This document shows, one piece after another, positions 36,566-49,588 of a stretch of DNA of 64,000 bases. Both the position numbers and the translations under genes were made by a program. The stretch's first letter is position 1. Every line of letters starts with the position of its first letter. This stretch comes from Moniliella sp. 'wahieum' (taxonomy: Eukaryota), in contig RSEE01000012.1 in NCBI GenBank assembly GCA_003971905.1, positions 806,001-870,000 of the forward strand, in the 5' to 3' direction. Below the pieces are notes generated by a model. It was not told the origin of the DNA. It ran no database searches and was given only the letters and a program-made list of their open reading frames with translations.

Positions 36566-39500
36566 GGTGGCCCGCGTGTGAGGAACGGAGAGGGAGGGGC
36601 ACCACGCGCGTTAGAGACGGCGAGATGGAGCGGGATAGGGATGGAAGGTGGGGGGGCAGCAGGCAAAGGGTCAGGAGGGTGCGGGGGGGGCGTAGCCTGG
36701 CAAGCTCGGGAGCCAAGGCACGGCGGATGGGAAGCTGGAGGCCGTGTGGGCGGGACTGAGCAGCGGAGATGGAGGAAGAGGCGGGAAGCAAGGCAAGCAA
36801 GACCAAACAAGCCGTAGCTCAGGAGCAACGGGATGGCCGCGATAAAAGAAACCGCTAAAAAACAAAGCAAGCCGCCAAGGCGCTCAGATCGGATGGATCA
36901 TCGATCATCGATCACTAACCATCGATCAGAACAAATTGCAATTCGCAACCCAGGCACCACATTGCACTTCTCGGCCTCATCTTCGCCGACCGTTTTGCAC
37001 CGTTCCGCCCAGCCTCTCCGCTCCTCCGTCTCTTGGGTCTATATCTACTACCCTCGACACAGAGGGCGCACCGACGCCCCACAGACATCGCATGCTCCCA
37101 CGTCCACCCTGCCATCCATGGTGGTAGCGGTGGCTGTGGGGAACCAGAATTGATGACGATACGAAAAAAGGGACAAAAGAAGGGTGATCAAAACGAAATA
37201 ATCAACAACTCATCATTCTGTAAGAGAGTTGTTCATCATGACCGAGGCGTTGACCACTAGTGCGGCCCAGTGCTCCCCAAGGACGCGCCACGTCACGCGC
37301 CGTGCCCTCTCCTGCCCCTTCGGCGAGCCCCTGAGTTGCCAGGCTGGGCGGACCATAGTGCAAGCGTCCGCCAGTAGTCCAATACCAACGAAACACATCT
37401 CTCTTCTGCCCCTTCTATACTCGGTTTGCAAACGATAAGTGAGGCGGCACCTATTTACGCGACAGAAGAGGGGATTGATCTAACTAAAGGAACAATACAA
37501 TGGCTGCTGCCACCAAATACTCGCTGCATGATGCATGAAGCTTCATCTGTGGTCTTGCAAATGCAACAAGTGTGCGGGTTCGTCTCCGAAAGGAGAGCCA
37601 GACCAGAAATGAACGTGAGACGTACAGAAAAGGTCTACTCCTATATGAGATTGACTATTGGATGAGGGTCGAGAGGGTTAAAACTAAACGGGGTGTGGGT
37701 TCAAATCTGCAGAAGAGTAGCTCCATTCAAAACAAGGAAGACGGTTAGGACAGGAGGTGCCTATAATCCCGTCGAGTAGAGATACGGGGAGAGGGAGATA
37801 TACATGACCCTCAGTGTGCCTTTTTCTAGCAACCACAGAGCCACAGAGTAGTAAACTAAGCCTTCTCTTCGCCCTTATCCAGTGGCATTGGCTGACAAGG
37901 GTAATCCTTTGTTCGTGGGACTGGGGTGGGAGGAAGAGAGTGCATGATGGGCAATGGTTTGCCCCCCCTCCCCATTGTCGTTTTGTCTAACGGTTGCGAC
38001 AAGTGGGAGAGATCCTTCGTCATCCCCATGTACCCAGCCATACTTCCCTCCAGGCCGGACGTAAGACTCCCCTCTTGTCCTTCCTCCATCCCAACCCGTT
38101 CGGCCACATGAGAAGAGGTAGCAGGCGGGGGGTGGAGGGGTCAACCCATTCGACAGGGTTGGTTTCACGAGGAAGAGCAGCAGGAGTGGCGACAGTGCCT
38201 TCGTCGTTGGACGTGGTGCTGTTGGCCCATAGCAAGGGAGGAGGTGAGAGAAGAGGAGAGGAGGGACTTGTAGTCGCCTCCTCGAATCTAGATCGAACGC
38301 ACAACCGTCGTTGGTGGCAGGGGGGAGAACCAAAACCACTGGCTCTGGGCCCGACCTCCTCCTCCGCAGTGAGGAACGGGTTGAGAGTGAAGATGCGTGT
38401 GTTCCCATCCACGATGTCTCTTCCAGCGCCGGAACGCCGTTCTCGGTTCCAATGTATGGACCGGAGTGCAGCCGGTTTTTGAATGCTTCCAAGTGTGAGA
38501 AAGGCATGATGTGGACCGCGCGGTAAAATGGACCTGGACACTGAGGTTGTGTAAACTGTACCCGGAGAGTGGGAGAGAAAGGACTTGTAGTAGGTACGTT
38601 GTTTTGCCAAGAGGAGTGGGTCCATTTATATGTATACCCGTTGTATTTCTTTCAAGAGAGATTCGCATTTGACACACGCCTCTCTTGATCTGCCATGCCC
38701 CCCCCTCCCCAATATGTTTCTGGGAAAATGGCTTGTCTTACTTCTGGCCCGATGTGAGGTTATAGAGAGAGCGGCACAATGTTCCGCGGTACTTCGCATG
38801 CACACACAGCCCTCCCCCCCCCCCCTCTCGAGCTCCCTCTGTGCAAACTGTTAAAACCAAAACAGACAGAATACCCGCGGAGAAGAGAGGTGCATGTGCT
38901 CTTTTTCGGATGCAACGCGGACATTCACAGGTGGCAAGTTTTCCAGTCTAGACATGCAAAAGCACTGGCGCGCAAACACACACATGTATCACGTCTTTGC
39001 CAACGGCCTGCCAGCCCCAGACCAGAGCAACATCTCGCCACCCGCTTTCGTCCACTTTGGTTCATCTTCCGATCCACAATCGCCGCCGTACCTACGGGTT
39101 TCTCCTCCTGGCCCCGGAATGAGACAGTACCAGGTTCCGACGAAGGGGCCCCGCGCTTCCCACGTCGCAAGCGGGTAATATGTCGACGGCGGGAACTGCC
39201 CCCTTTTCTCGGCCATACGAGCATGCGGCCGAACCACATCACCTCAAAACGGTGGTCCTAAACCGGGCCACACTCTGCCACACCATGACACTCTTTCAAA
39301 TCTGTCTTAATGTCCTACCGTACTTAGGTTTGCGATGCTGGGGGGCCAGATCGAAGTGGCCGGGCCCACACTCCATGATCGTCAGGTGGACCTGTCGGAT
39401 ACAGTAAGAGTACAGGTGGCGTGGATTCGGTGAGGATACTGAGTACTGAGTTGCTGAGTACTTTTACCTGAGGACAAAAGAAAGGCGATGGCCGACTAAG

Positions 39501-42010
39501 ACCTCTCAAGTTCCCAGTGCATCGGATCTGTATCCGTACCATAAAAGTGTAGTCATTTACTTTTGCCTGCCTGTCCTACGTTTGTGCATCAGCGTTCAGC
39601 CTGAGCCTCAGAGCGCCGGGCGCCGCAATGTCTCTGGCCTCATCCGCACTCAGTACTCACAGCAGTGCGTGGGCCCAGATCGTGCCTAGCTCCTTCCGTG
39701 CCCGAAGCTACACACTTCGTGGCGACAGCTATTACAGGGACACTTGCCGTGTAAAGTATACAGTACTATATAGGCAAAACTCCCGAGAGAAGAGGGGGGG
39801 CATATGCTCTTACAACAGTAGAGTTGGAAGAGATATATGCATCAGGGAGAGAGATCTCTTTGCTGGCTCTGATATACCATACGCCACCATGACCTCTTTC
39901 CATGTGCCTCTGCGCCCATCATGCGCCGATGCCATGTCAGAAAAACAGCTGGCACCGCAGCACGACAGTCTCCTCGTTTTGTCGCGCGAAACGCTCGATG
40001 GCTATGCCATCGATGTGACACCGATTCTGTCTCGGAAGGTGACGTTTTCCTCTATTACTCACTATATATAGTGACTCATATGGTGTAGTAGTGACGAGAG
40101 TAAACGGCGCGTGGCGGTCCCAACACCCATCCAGCCGTGTTCTATCCTCCATCCGCCAGTCCATCCGCTCTCGGCCGCAGCGGACAATCTGGCCCCCGTC
40201 CAGCCTCGGTGCTAGCGGGCGATCGAAGTTGGGAACGGCTCTGCTACACCATAATGCTCTATTACCTCTACAGCGGTAGTGCGGCGCCCTGTTCGTGCTC
40301 CGACGTTGAGACTCGAGACAATATGCATTTCTATATAGAATTTTGTCAGTGGCCCAGTACGAGGGCCTAAGGCCTGCGGGGACCGTATTGAGGGAGAGAG
40401 GGAGAGAGGGACTCTCACAAACTGTTCAACACTTCCCATGATTGTAGGCTCCCTGTTCCCTTTTCCTCTCATTGCTTTAGCCTCGGTTCTTTTGTTCAAT
40501 GGCAGGCAGTCCATCTTCCTCGAGGACGTGCTACAGCTCTACAGTAGCAGGCCTGGGTGGGTCCGTACAGCCTCACCTACCACAACAGAACCGCGAGGCA
40601 AGACGAACCTGTTCGGCTTGGGTGCCAGCGAAGCGATCGGGCCGCGGCTCGGTTGGCCCTGTACGTGGGTGGGAGAGGAGAGGTGGGGCTGGGCGGATCC
40701 GAGCGGCGGGGGGAGGAGGGAGGAGGGAGGAACTAGTACCTGGCACTGCAGTCAGGGAGTGCAACAGGAGGCTAAATGAAGGCGTCTGCTACGATGTTGC
40801 GACGGTGACTTGCTTCACCGATCGCGGCGCACTCCTGGCCTCACTACTAGTATAGTTGTAGCCCCGAGGCTCCGCGGGCTCCGAAGACAACTGATGCACT
40901 GATGGGAAAAGCCAACGACTAGTATAATAGCCTTGTCCTGTAGCCCTCGTCCTGCATCCTACCACCACCGCCTACCTCTCGCCCGCATCGATCGCCTATA
41001 ATACGCTGCTGTCAAACCTGAAGCATGCACATCCACTGGGTCTCCATAGCCGTGTGCACCAGGACGTGGCTACATTAATTGCGGGTGGACGGTATAAGGA
41101 GGAAGGCTGGCACGAGCGCTGAGCGCTGACTCCAGCCTTCTCGCGGTAAACCACTACCTGTGCACACATAGCCAACAACTCTATTAATACCATAGAAGGC
41201 TCGCCACGCCCCATGTCTGCTTGGGTTGTACGAGTACTGTGGGTACCCTAGACCATGTTTGGACCGCAGGAAGGTTCCTGTACCCCGAGGGGTTTGTATA
41301 GTACCGTTGCGCGTTGTGTACGTTCACGTTGAACGGTCAGGCTTCAGGCCTTAGGTGCACGACGAACACGCACGTCGAGCGTTCAATCCGTCCAATTTAT
41401 CTCCGAGATGCCAATCTGGTCCGGTTCTGCGAATCCCTGAATCCCTCTCCTACACACTCTCGTCTCCTGCTGCGTCTCGAGAGGAAAGACGAAGAATAAG
41501 AAAAGAAAAAAAGAAAACAAAGCATAGGATTGCGAGTCGGATCGTTGCCTGGCTCGCGGTTCGCCTCGTCATGCGCTTAGGCCTTAGGGCCGCACAGGAC
41601 ACCAAGGGATTGCCAGTGAGAAAAGCAACGAAATAACAGAAGACTGGGTTCGGGGGCGAACATCGCGGGCGAAACTAGTCCATGGGGGGGCAGGGAAAAC
41701 CTAGTTCTTGGGCAGGAAAAAGGGGGGCACGAGTGTGTGGGACAAAAAAGGGGAAAAAAGAGGAAAAAGAGAAGAGAGAAAAGAGAAGCCAGAAACGAGC
41801 AAAGAGAAAAAGGAGACAGAGACCAAGACCGAAAATCACAAACCCCCCCCCCCCGCACCTCACTTCAAGCTTCACGGTACCAAGGTAGGCGAGCACGCAG
41901 TGTGTTAGGGGGGGGGGGGGGGGGGAAGCTAGTCCATCCGTCCAACAAGAAGCAGCCTTGGCGGACACATACCGCACTAATAGTATACGTTACAAGCTTG
42001 GCCAGCCTTA

Positions 42011-44925
42011 TTAGTTCTTATTGTCCTCAGGCGCCGGTGGCTGTGCCGCAGGAGCGCCCGCAGTGGCGACGGGGACCAAGACGGCCGGGATGACATCGGG
42101 GGCACGACCGCGCGCCGTCGCGGCCGCAGCGGCCGTGACCGCCGCCGCATTCGCCGTCGCACTGCTCGACCCGACGGGCACGTGCATCACCCTGTGCGCG
42201 CGGGCGACTGGGCGCGCGGCGTGCCGCTCCCGCTCCCGCTGGCCATGGCGACCGGGGTCGAAGGGAGCGAAGCCGAGAGGGCACCCGGCGGGTCGCCCGA
42301 GCGTACCTGCGCATGGGAAGGCATTACACGCGCCAAGCCCATCCGCTTCTCCCCACTGTGCGGCCGCGTCATCTTGTACGTCACAGCTGACGGCGCGGGC
42401 GTCGTGCCCGGTACGGCGGGGGATGGGGCCGGGGCCGGGGTAGGCGTGGACGAGGGCGTAGGGGACTTGGTTCCAATAACTGCTTGGGGCGGATCGGCAA
42501 CGCCCACCACGCCCGCTGCGTCCGTCTCGGACGCCGTATCCCGTTGGCTCGGCGTACGTCGCAGCGGCGCCAACAGTCTCGACAGCGCAGGCGCCATCAG
42601 ACTCGGTGGCAGCGACAAGACTTCCCGCGGCGTCGACTGGCCCGAGGTGGCCAGTGGCGTGCCGCCCGGTCCGGCTTCGCCCGTCGTGCCAGACACCGAG
42701 GGACCTGCACGAGGCGTGACCGCTGTACCGCTGCTGCCCGCCGCGCCAGGGCGAAGGGAGGAGAAGGACAAGTACCCTGGCTGGCCCGCGCCCGAGGTCA
42801 AGCCAGCCGAAGAGAGGACAGAAGGGTGCATGGCCGTGACTGCATTGTGCGACGGACCAATCTCGTCATACTCGTCCCAAATCTCCGATCCCAGCAGCTC
42901 CTCCAGCACATCCTCCAACGTAATGATGCCCAGCGGCTCGTCCGCCGCGCCACTGCCTTCCTCCTCCTCCTCGGCCAATTCGTCTTGAATCAAGTCAAAT
43001 TCCCCATCCAATTCCGACACGGCATCCGTCACGGCTCCCGTGCGCGCATGCGACGTCACCGACGCATTGTCCTCCGAATGGCTCCGTTGCCAGAACCGGG
43101 CGCGACGCGACCACTGCTGCCAGCGAGACAGGCGCACCTCATTGTCCTCGCCAGGGGCCTTTTCCGGGTCGGCGCTCACGCCCTGACGGGGAACTTGAGC
43201 CCAGTCTGTCTCTTTGGTCTCGGGGACGGGCATTGCTTCGGCGCCACTGGCCGTCGCGTGCGACGCATCGACGGCATGAGCCCGCGACACGACCGCCATA
43301 TGACTGCGGCCCTGCTGAAAGACGTTGAGCAAATGAAGAAGACTTTCGTTGGCCGGGACCGTGGGCATCTCATTGATCAACATCTCGCGTACAGGCACCC
43401 CATCTTCCGGGTCCAACAAGACGCACGACTTGACCAACAGGGTACCAATGATACGCTTCGACGCATGCCGCACCGTCCCCGTGCCACCAGCTTCGATGGC
43501 CATCGCGTCTCCCTTGGGGTCCGACGGATCGGCCGACAACTCGGTGGGTGGGTTTGTCGGGGTTGCCTCGGGCACATATGCCAACGACGCCATGGTCGTC
43601 TTTTCTTTTTCCATCGAGAGGGATGAAGTGGAGAAATCAAGCGAACTACCGGCTGCATAGGCGGGTTTGACCAAGCTGTGGGCCGCAAACGCCTCCCGGG
43701 CTTCGGCCGAGTCGTCGACATAGATCGGAACCCGACTGTGGCCCGAATTTAGCACACGCCCCAACGTGGGGTAGTCTAGCTTGGCTGTAATGGGCAGCAT
43801 AAACACCTCTTGGATCGGCGTCATGGCAACCCGTACCGTTTTGGCTTGCAGGTCCAGCGCGCCGCCAACAATCAGAACCGTGTCGCCCTTGAGGTCGCCA
43901 CCGTGGCCACCAGTGGCAGCATGGATACCAACCAGCTCCTTGAGCTCAGAGCGACGGTAGATGATGCCCTGATGAGGACCCAGAGCCCAGTGCAAAATGC
44001 GCGAGACAGGATAGGCAACGGGCCAGAGCAAAATAATAACCAGGCGCGTCGGATACGCCATCTTGGCGCCGACCATCAGGCCGTACCGGCTGCAAACCGA
44101 CTGTGGGATGAGCTCGGCAAAGACGACAATCACGACAATCGAGAAGAGAACTGCTTTCCAACCTCCGCCCAAAAGAGGATCGGCAACGATCGGAAGCGTC
44201 TGTACAAACCCCCACCGCAACAGTCAGCAACGCAGGTGCCGCCAGAGAGAGAGAGACACGGGGGGGGGACGGGGGTAGCAAAGTACAGAAACTAGGAGGG
44301 TTAGTACGCACCTCGTTGGTGATCATGTTAGCGATGAGCAGTGTGGTTAAGAGCAAGTGGCCGTCCTTGCGGATGGGCATGATTTTGCGTGCGGCATCTT
44401 GCTCTTTGGGGCTGCCCTGAGCAGCGAGAACAGCAAGCTGGGTCTCGTCGAGCGACATGTACCCGAGTGTGAGGCCAGCAAAGATGCCAGATAGAACAAT
44501 GAGAATAGGGACAACAACGCCATAGAGGCCTTTTGGCTTTTGGAGAGGCCCGAATCGTCAGAGGATGAGGATGTGCTTCCCGAGGAAGGAGATGAACGAG
44601 AGAAATGGAGAGGCGGGCGGGTCACGGGGGCCGGCAGTGGTGCAGCACCAGGGAGCGGGGCGGCGTGGACGACATGGGCACAGCTGACGACAACCAGGGT
44701 GGTGGCGAGCAGCAGGACATGGCGTGCGATACGGAGAGTGTGCTGCGACAGAGACACAGACGCATGGGATGGATGAGCAGGATGATTGAAAGAGCGATGA
44801 CAGGCACCTATACCAGGCTCCTCATCGGCATCGCCGTCGAGGGCGGACAGACGGGAACGGGGAGCGAGGGTACCACGGTGGGAAGCAGGACACTCGGGCA
44901 GGCTGGTTGGATCGGGTGGGGCCAT
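42011..44925 (-). CDS. MAM3: CNNM/DUF21-CBS domain metal homeostasis protein (intron 44200-44311; indels)
   Basis: GIFAGLTLGYMSLDETQL; HLLLTTLLIANMITNE|TLPI; FAELIPQSVCSRYGL; GGALDL; GHSRVPIY; FQQGRSHMAVV; GIITLEDVLEELLGSEIWDE. Confidence 0.93.
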
Positions 44926-44976
44926 GGAATGCACAAGGTTGGGGGCGAAGGCGGAGATAAGCGCGGGTGGGGGTGG

Positions 44977-45041
44977 GGGGGGGACAACGAAGGGGGGGGA
45001 CAACGAAGGGGGGGGACAACGAAGGGGGGGACAACGAAGGG
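44977..45041. repeat. Minisatellite (G7-8 ACAACGAA) x4
   Basis: Four consecutive gggggggacaacgaa units inside a G-run-rich tract just upstream of MAM3. Confidence 0.9.
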
Positions 45042-47270
45042 AGGGGAAGGGGGGGGGGGCAGGGGCAGGAAAGGCTGCTGATTGGGGAGAGGGTGGGGTA
45101 TTTATGTCTGGAAGCGAGGGTTACTAGTTACTGCTGGGGCCGTGGGCGGTGGATGGAGCATCGGTCTGGCCAGCACTGCTACGCCCTGCTACGCACTGCC
45201 ACGCGTGTCGGATGGGCGCAACACTGGTGTTGTGCGCCTGCCTGTCTCGCTGCCCCCGTGCGGACATGATGGCCGCGTCAGCTCGTGCTCGCTGCGCACG
45301 CGCCCACTAGGGCGAGGGGGGAGTGTGATGCATGATGCATGGCGCTGCGCAGCACCCTGGCCCACTGTGTCCTGTTTCGCAATCAAGTGTTGCTGCCCTA
45401 CCATTGCCATCCCAGATATCAGCACCTGCCAGAACGCACTTCTTCCCCGGCCCATGCTCAGACGGCGCACGCGTACTCATCCTGCGCCGCAATGCCTGAC
45501 GCAACACCATCCATCCACACGCCCAGCGAGCCTCGCTGGAAGACCAGAAGATCCAACCAAGAACCAAGAAGCGCTCCTGGCCAGCCCCCCGGCGGACAGA
45601 TTCGCAACAGAAGCCCGCCGAAAAGAGGCCAGAGGTCTGCTATCTGCCACCACTGCTTGGTGCTGATGCGTGATGCATGATGCGCTGATGCACCGATCAT
45701 CGATCACCGATCCCCAATCCCCGATCCCCAGATCCTGCGTATCGATATCAGCACGATAACTGCGTCCTACGTAATCACTGCCCCGCGCTCGGCTCGTCAC
45801 AATGTCACCTTCAAGCTTCACCCATCCCATGTGCCCTCTGATGCATGATGCACGCACCCCAGCGCACCCGCCCGCCCAGCCGCAGCCGGCGACACTAAGA
45901 CGGCGGCGTAGCTGGCCGCACCGTACACTCCCCCCCTGCCCCACCCCACCACGTGCCACCCGTCCTGTTCGCCCTTCCCGTCCTTTCTGGTTGGCCTTAG
46001 CGCCTCAGCCTCCTACCAGCCCCGACAAGATGGCACCGACGCTTAATCGCCTCGCCGAGCGATTCCTACCTACTCCCCACGACTCCCCACGCACTCATCT
46101 CGTCACTCGCTGCTCAGGCTCCGCCTCAGCGCCTCAGCCCTTGCTGGTCGCTTGGACCCCCGCCATCGCTTCGATAGCAGCCGAACAATCCAGAAACATG
46201 GGTGATGCAGGTGACCCGGTGACGCCTTAGTTGTCTCTCGCTCCCAGAACATCTTTTCTCAGCGCTCAGCGCTGCTCAGCGGTGAGGCTCACCGGTCACC
46301 ACAGAACGTCGCTGGGCCTCGAGCGTCGGGGCAGAGGTGATCGGGATCGGGTCGATGGGTTGCCGGATAGAACCGGTAACCCCGGTAACCACTGCAGCGA
46401 TGGTTAGACACATGGGCCGCCTCCCCGCGGGCACGTGACGCGTGAGCACCGAATCCTGTTATCGATTATCGCTTCCCTCGGCTTAGCGATTAGCCGCTTA
46501 CCCCCGGTTCCGTCTTCTCGACCGGCCGATGGGTTGATGCAATGGTTGAGGGTCTAGGCCTCAGGCAGAGGTTGCATCCACCGCGCGTGCTCCCTTCCCC
46601 CCCGCTTGGTCCGCGTCGGTGGGATGCGATGCAACACTGGGTCGACAGGTGGACCAATGCTTGTCGCTCCCGGCCTGGGGTATGGGCGCACGCGCAGAGT
46701 GGTGGGAACAAGGCTGAGAGTGTGTACGCATCGGGAGTAGTAGGTACGCCTTCCTCTACCGTGGTGCACAAGATATGGGGTGTAGGGCAATCGGCCGGAG
46801 GGCTGCCATATGGGAAAGCGGGATTGGATCTGACAGTTACTAAACTATATACTAGTTTAGTTAGAAGTCGAGAGAGACGCAAGCAGGCCGGGGCAGTTTG
46901 ATGGGGGCGTGTTTTCCCTATTTGCCTCGCCGAGGGCGAGAGGCCTCATCTTCACTCGGAGTCTAGTACTCCTGCTCTTGTATGTTGCGTTCATCTCAAT
47001 CGTTGGCACTGCTGCCCCAGCGTGAACGTGAAGTGACAAAAGCTAAAGCATTCTCTGGCCACAAAAAGGGCAGATCGTCAGCTGAAGTCCAGAGAAAGCA
47101 CAACGACTGGCTCAGGTTTTTGTCGTCCATCTCATGTGATCTCGTCAGCAAAGCCACCAGGCGGGAATCCCACTTTGGATGTGCTGGCGTCGCTGGCAGC
47201 TAGCTGCCTGGGCAACCCAACAGGACCACAAGCCGGCCCGGAAGGTCTATGGCAAGGGGGGCATGATATT

Positions 47271-47370
47271 ATGGGCATGGATTAGCGAGGCGTGCATGGG
47301 CATGCATTAGCGAGGCGTGCATGGGTGTGGTGTGGTGTGGATTAGCGAGGAGTGTGCATAGTGTGCATGG
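47271..47370. repeat. 25-bp tandem duplication with a third degenerate copy
   Basis: attagcgaggcgtgcatggg at 47281 and 47306; attagcgaggagtgtgcat at 47341. Confidence 0.85.
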
Positions 47371-47681
47371 GGGGGGGGGGGGGGTAAGGGGGTAGGTGGT
47401 GGGTAGCCATCGACGCAAGCAGAGGGGAGTAATAATAGACGCATCTCAGTGGGGACATGAGCATAAGCTGCTCCGACGCAGCCGAGGATGGTGGGAGTGC
47501 CAAACGAGCGGCAGCACGAGAACACGACAGGCCGAGGCGCAACCAAGAAAAGAGAAAGGAAAACGATTAACGATCAATGATTAACGAAACTGATGATGAT
47601 GCGATGCGATGCAATGCACGCTCGTCCTTGGTGCGCCCCTCTCGCCTCGCCGGGCATGGCTCGGGTGGGCTGCGCGACGCG

Positions 47682-49588
47682 TCACGGCATTTGCATCGGT
47701 TGGAGCGCAGCGGTGGTGAGTTGGCGCACAGAGAGCTTGCCTCGGCTCGGCTGCTGGACCAGCAACGGCGCCGCCGCAGCACGCTCCCACGACGGCGCGC
47801 GGTGCCGCCAAGGCGCGGGCGGGAGCACGTCGCTGGGCTTGTCCAACGGCGCGGCAAATGGGTCGGGGTTGCACATGGCTCCGAAAAGTTGGTCATGCTC
47901 TCCAGAGCCGGGCGGCGGGCCAAGGGCACGCCAGCGCGCCGCCCCAACAGCGACGTAAGCCGTTGCTTCGACTCGTGCAACAGCCCTCCGCGTTCTTTCG
48001 GCGACCCCGACCGCGGCTTGGCCACGCCCCCCGCTCGCCCGCGCCGTGCTTCCTGCACCCCAATCGCACTGAGCAGCGCGGGCAGATCCAGTTCCTGCGG
48101 CGTCACGGGCAGCCGCAGCGCAAAGCTACATTCCAGCCCGGGGCCCAGGACCAAGAGGCCGCCCTGCATCGGCCGACTGCCGGGCGACCCACGCAGGCGG
48201 CAAGTTGGGCGTGCTCTTCGCTTGGCGCGGGGCCAATGCGGGCGAGTCCGTGTCGAGGTCGAGACCGAGCGCGTGCTGCGCCGCGCGCTTCGGGTCGGCA
48301 CACAGCGTCAACGGACCGACAGCGTACGTTGGAACGCTGCCATGTCGCGAACCGAGCCCGGTCCTACCACCAGCAGCGAGAGGCCCGCGCGCGCCAGGCG
48401 GTGGGACGCAGCTGAGTCAGTTCCTTGAGCAGTTTGTGCAACGTGGCACAGCCCCAGCTCGAAGGTAACACCACAACCGTCTTGCCCGTCAGCAGCGTCG
48501 CCAAGCGCACCGCCACACCTTCTTCCTTGTACACCCACGCGTTCCCAGCCTCGGCCACTTCCTCTGCAAGCGGTACCGCCCGCCCGGCCCGCGCATCGTG
48601 CTCAGCCTCCTCGGCCTCCGCCTGCGGAACGGGGAGCATACTAAAGTCCACCACCGGAGGGGGTGGCGGGACCGCGGCATCGACACGCGCGCTCACTTTC
48701 TTCATTTCCCTTTCACTTTCTCTTCACCTTGTCTTGGGGCGAGCAGGAACGGCGCTTGGTGCGCGTCCGCCGGAAATCGCGCGGGGTCAGGGAGCTGTCG
48801 GAAACTTGACTCGACACGGTCGAAGCTAGGGAAACCGACGAGAGGGCAGTGCCGAGCGTCTCGCACGACGGGTCATCGCCTAGCGCCCGTCCAAGCCCCG
48901 CATCCGATGCCGACGTCGCATCCGAAAGGGACACATTGTCCAGCAGCAGCAGCTCCTCTCGCTGCGCGGCATCCATGCCAGCATCTGAATCGCCATCCCC
49001 ATCGGCATCGGTATCAGCATCGGCATCGGGGTCGGCAACGAGGGGCGCCGAGCCAGCCGGCGGACGAGACGAAGCGGGGGGCATCCAGTGCGGTCGAATG
49101 GGACGCGGCATCCCAACGCGCCAAGGCCGGGAGGGAGACGTTGGATCGGTTGCGGCGCGCCAAGCAGTCGGTGCGGTGGGCGTGGCGGGAAATGCTGGGG
49201 GAGAAGACTTGCTGGTCGGGGGCGGCAAGGAGGGTGGGCGTGAGCAGCGACGCGGGGTCGGCGCACGAGTGGCGCGCAGCAGGGACAGTGGTGCGGGTGC
49301 TGCTGTCGGTGTGGGCGGTGTGGGTGGTGTGGGTGCTGAGGCTGCTGGCGACGGTGCCGGAGCGGGCGCGCGTGGGGGCGGGCGCTGCGCGCGGCAGGGC
49401 GTCGGATGGGTGTGGACTGGCCATTGGGGGTAAACCCAAGGAGAAACGAGGGTCGGCGAGGGTGAGGCGGGTGAAGGCGGAGGTGGAGGTGGAGGTGGAG
49501 GTGGAGGTGGAGGTGGAGGTGATGGCGAAGACGAAGGCGAAGGCTGAGGTGAAGCGGTGACTGAGATGGGAGGAGGGATGGCTTGCAT
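47682..49588 (-). CDS. Pro-rich protein with a degenerate AhpC/TSA-like (PRXL2-type) thioredoxin-fold domain (frameshifted)
   Basis: Motifs in family order across frames: VYKEEGVAVRLATL, KTVVVLPSSWGC, GLSLLVVGPG, TLCADPKRAAQHALG, QGGLLVLGPGLECSFALR. An N-terminal poly-Pro is encoded by a (GGTGGA)n tract at about 49480-49520. Confidence 0.6.

Noticed and set aside
41500..41930. Lys/Glu-rich or Phe-rich ORFs from a purine-rich tract
   Set aside because: Low-complexity A/G runs downstream of MAM3 (3'UTR-like) generate these translations.
42484..43626. 380-aa plus-strand ORF, and similar Arg/Gly/Ala-rich ORFs such as 50081-51238 and 31053-32000
   Set aside because: These are shadow ORFs opposite real genes in high-GC DNA.
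44977..47370. Short direct repeats as a possible CRISPR array
   Set aside because: The context is eukaryotic, there are no unique spacers of regular length, and there are no cas genes.
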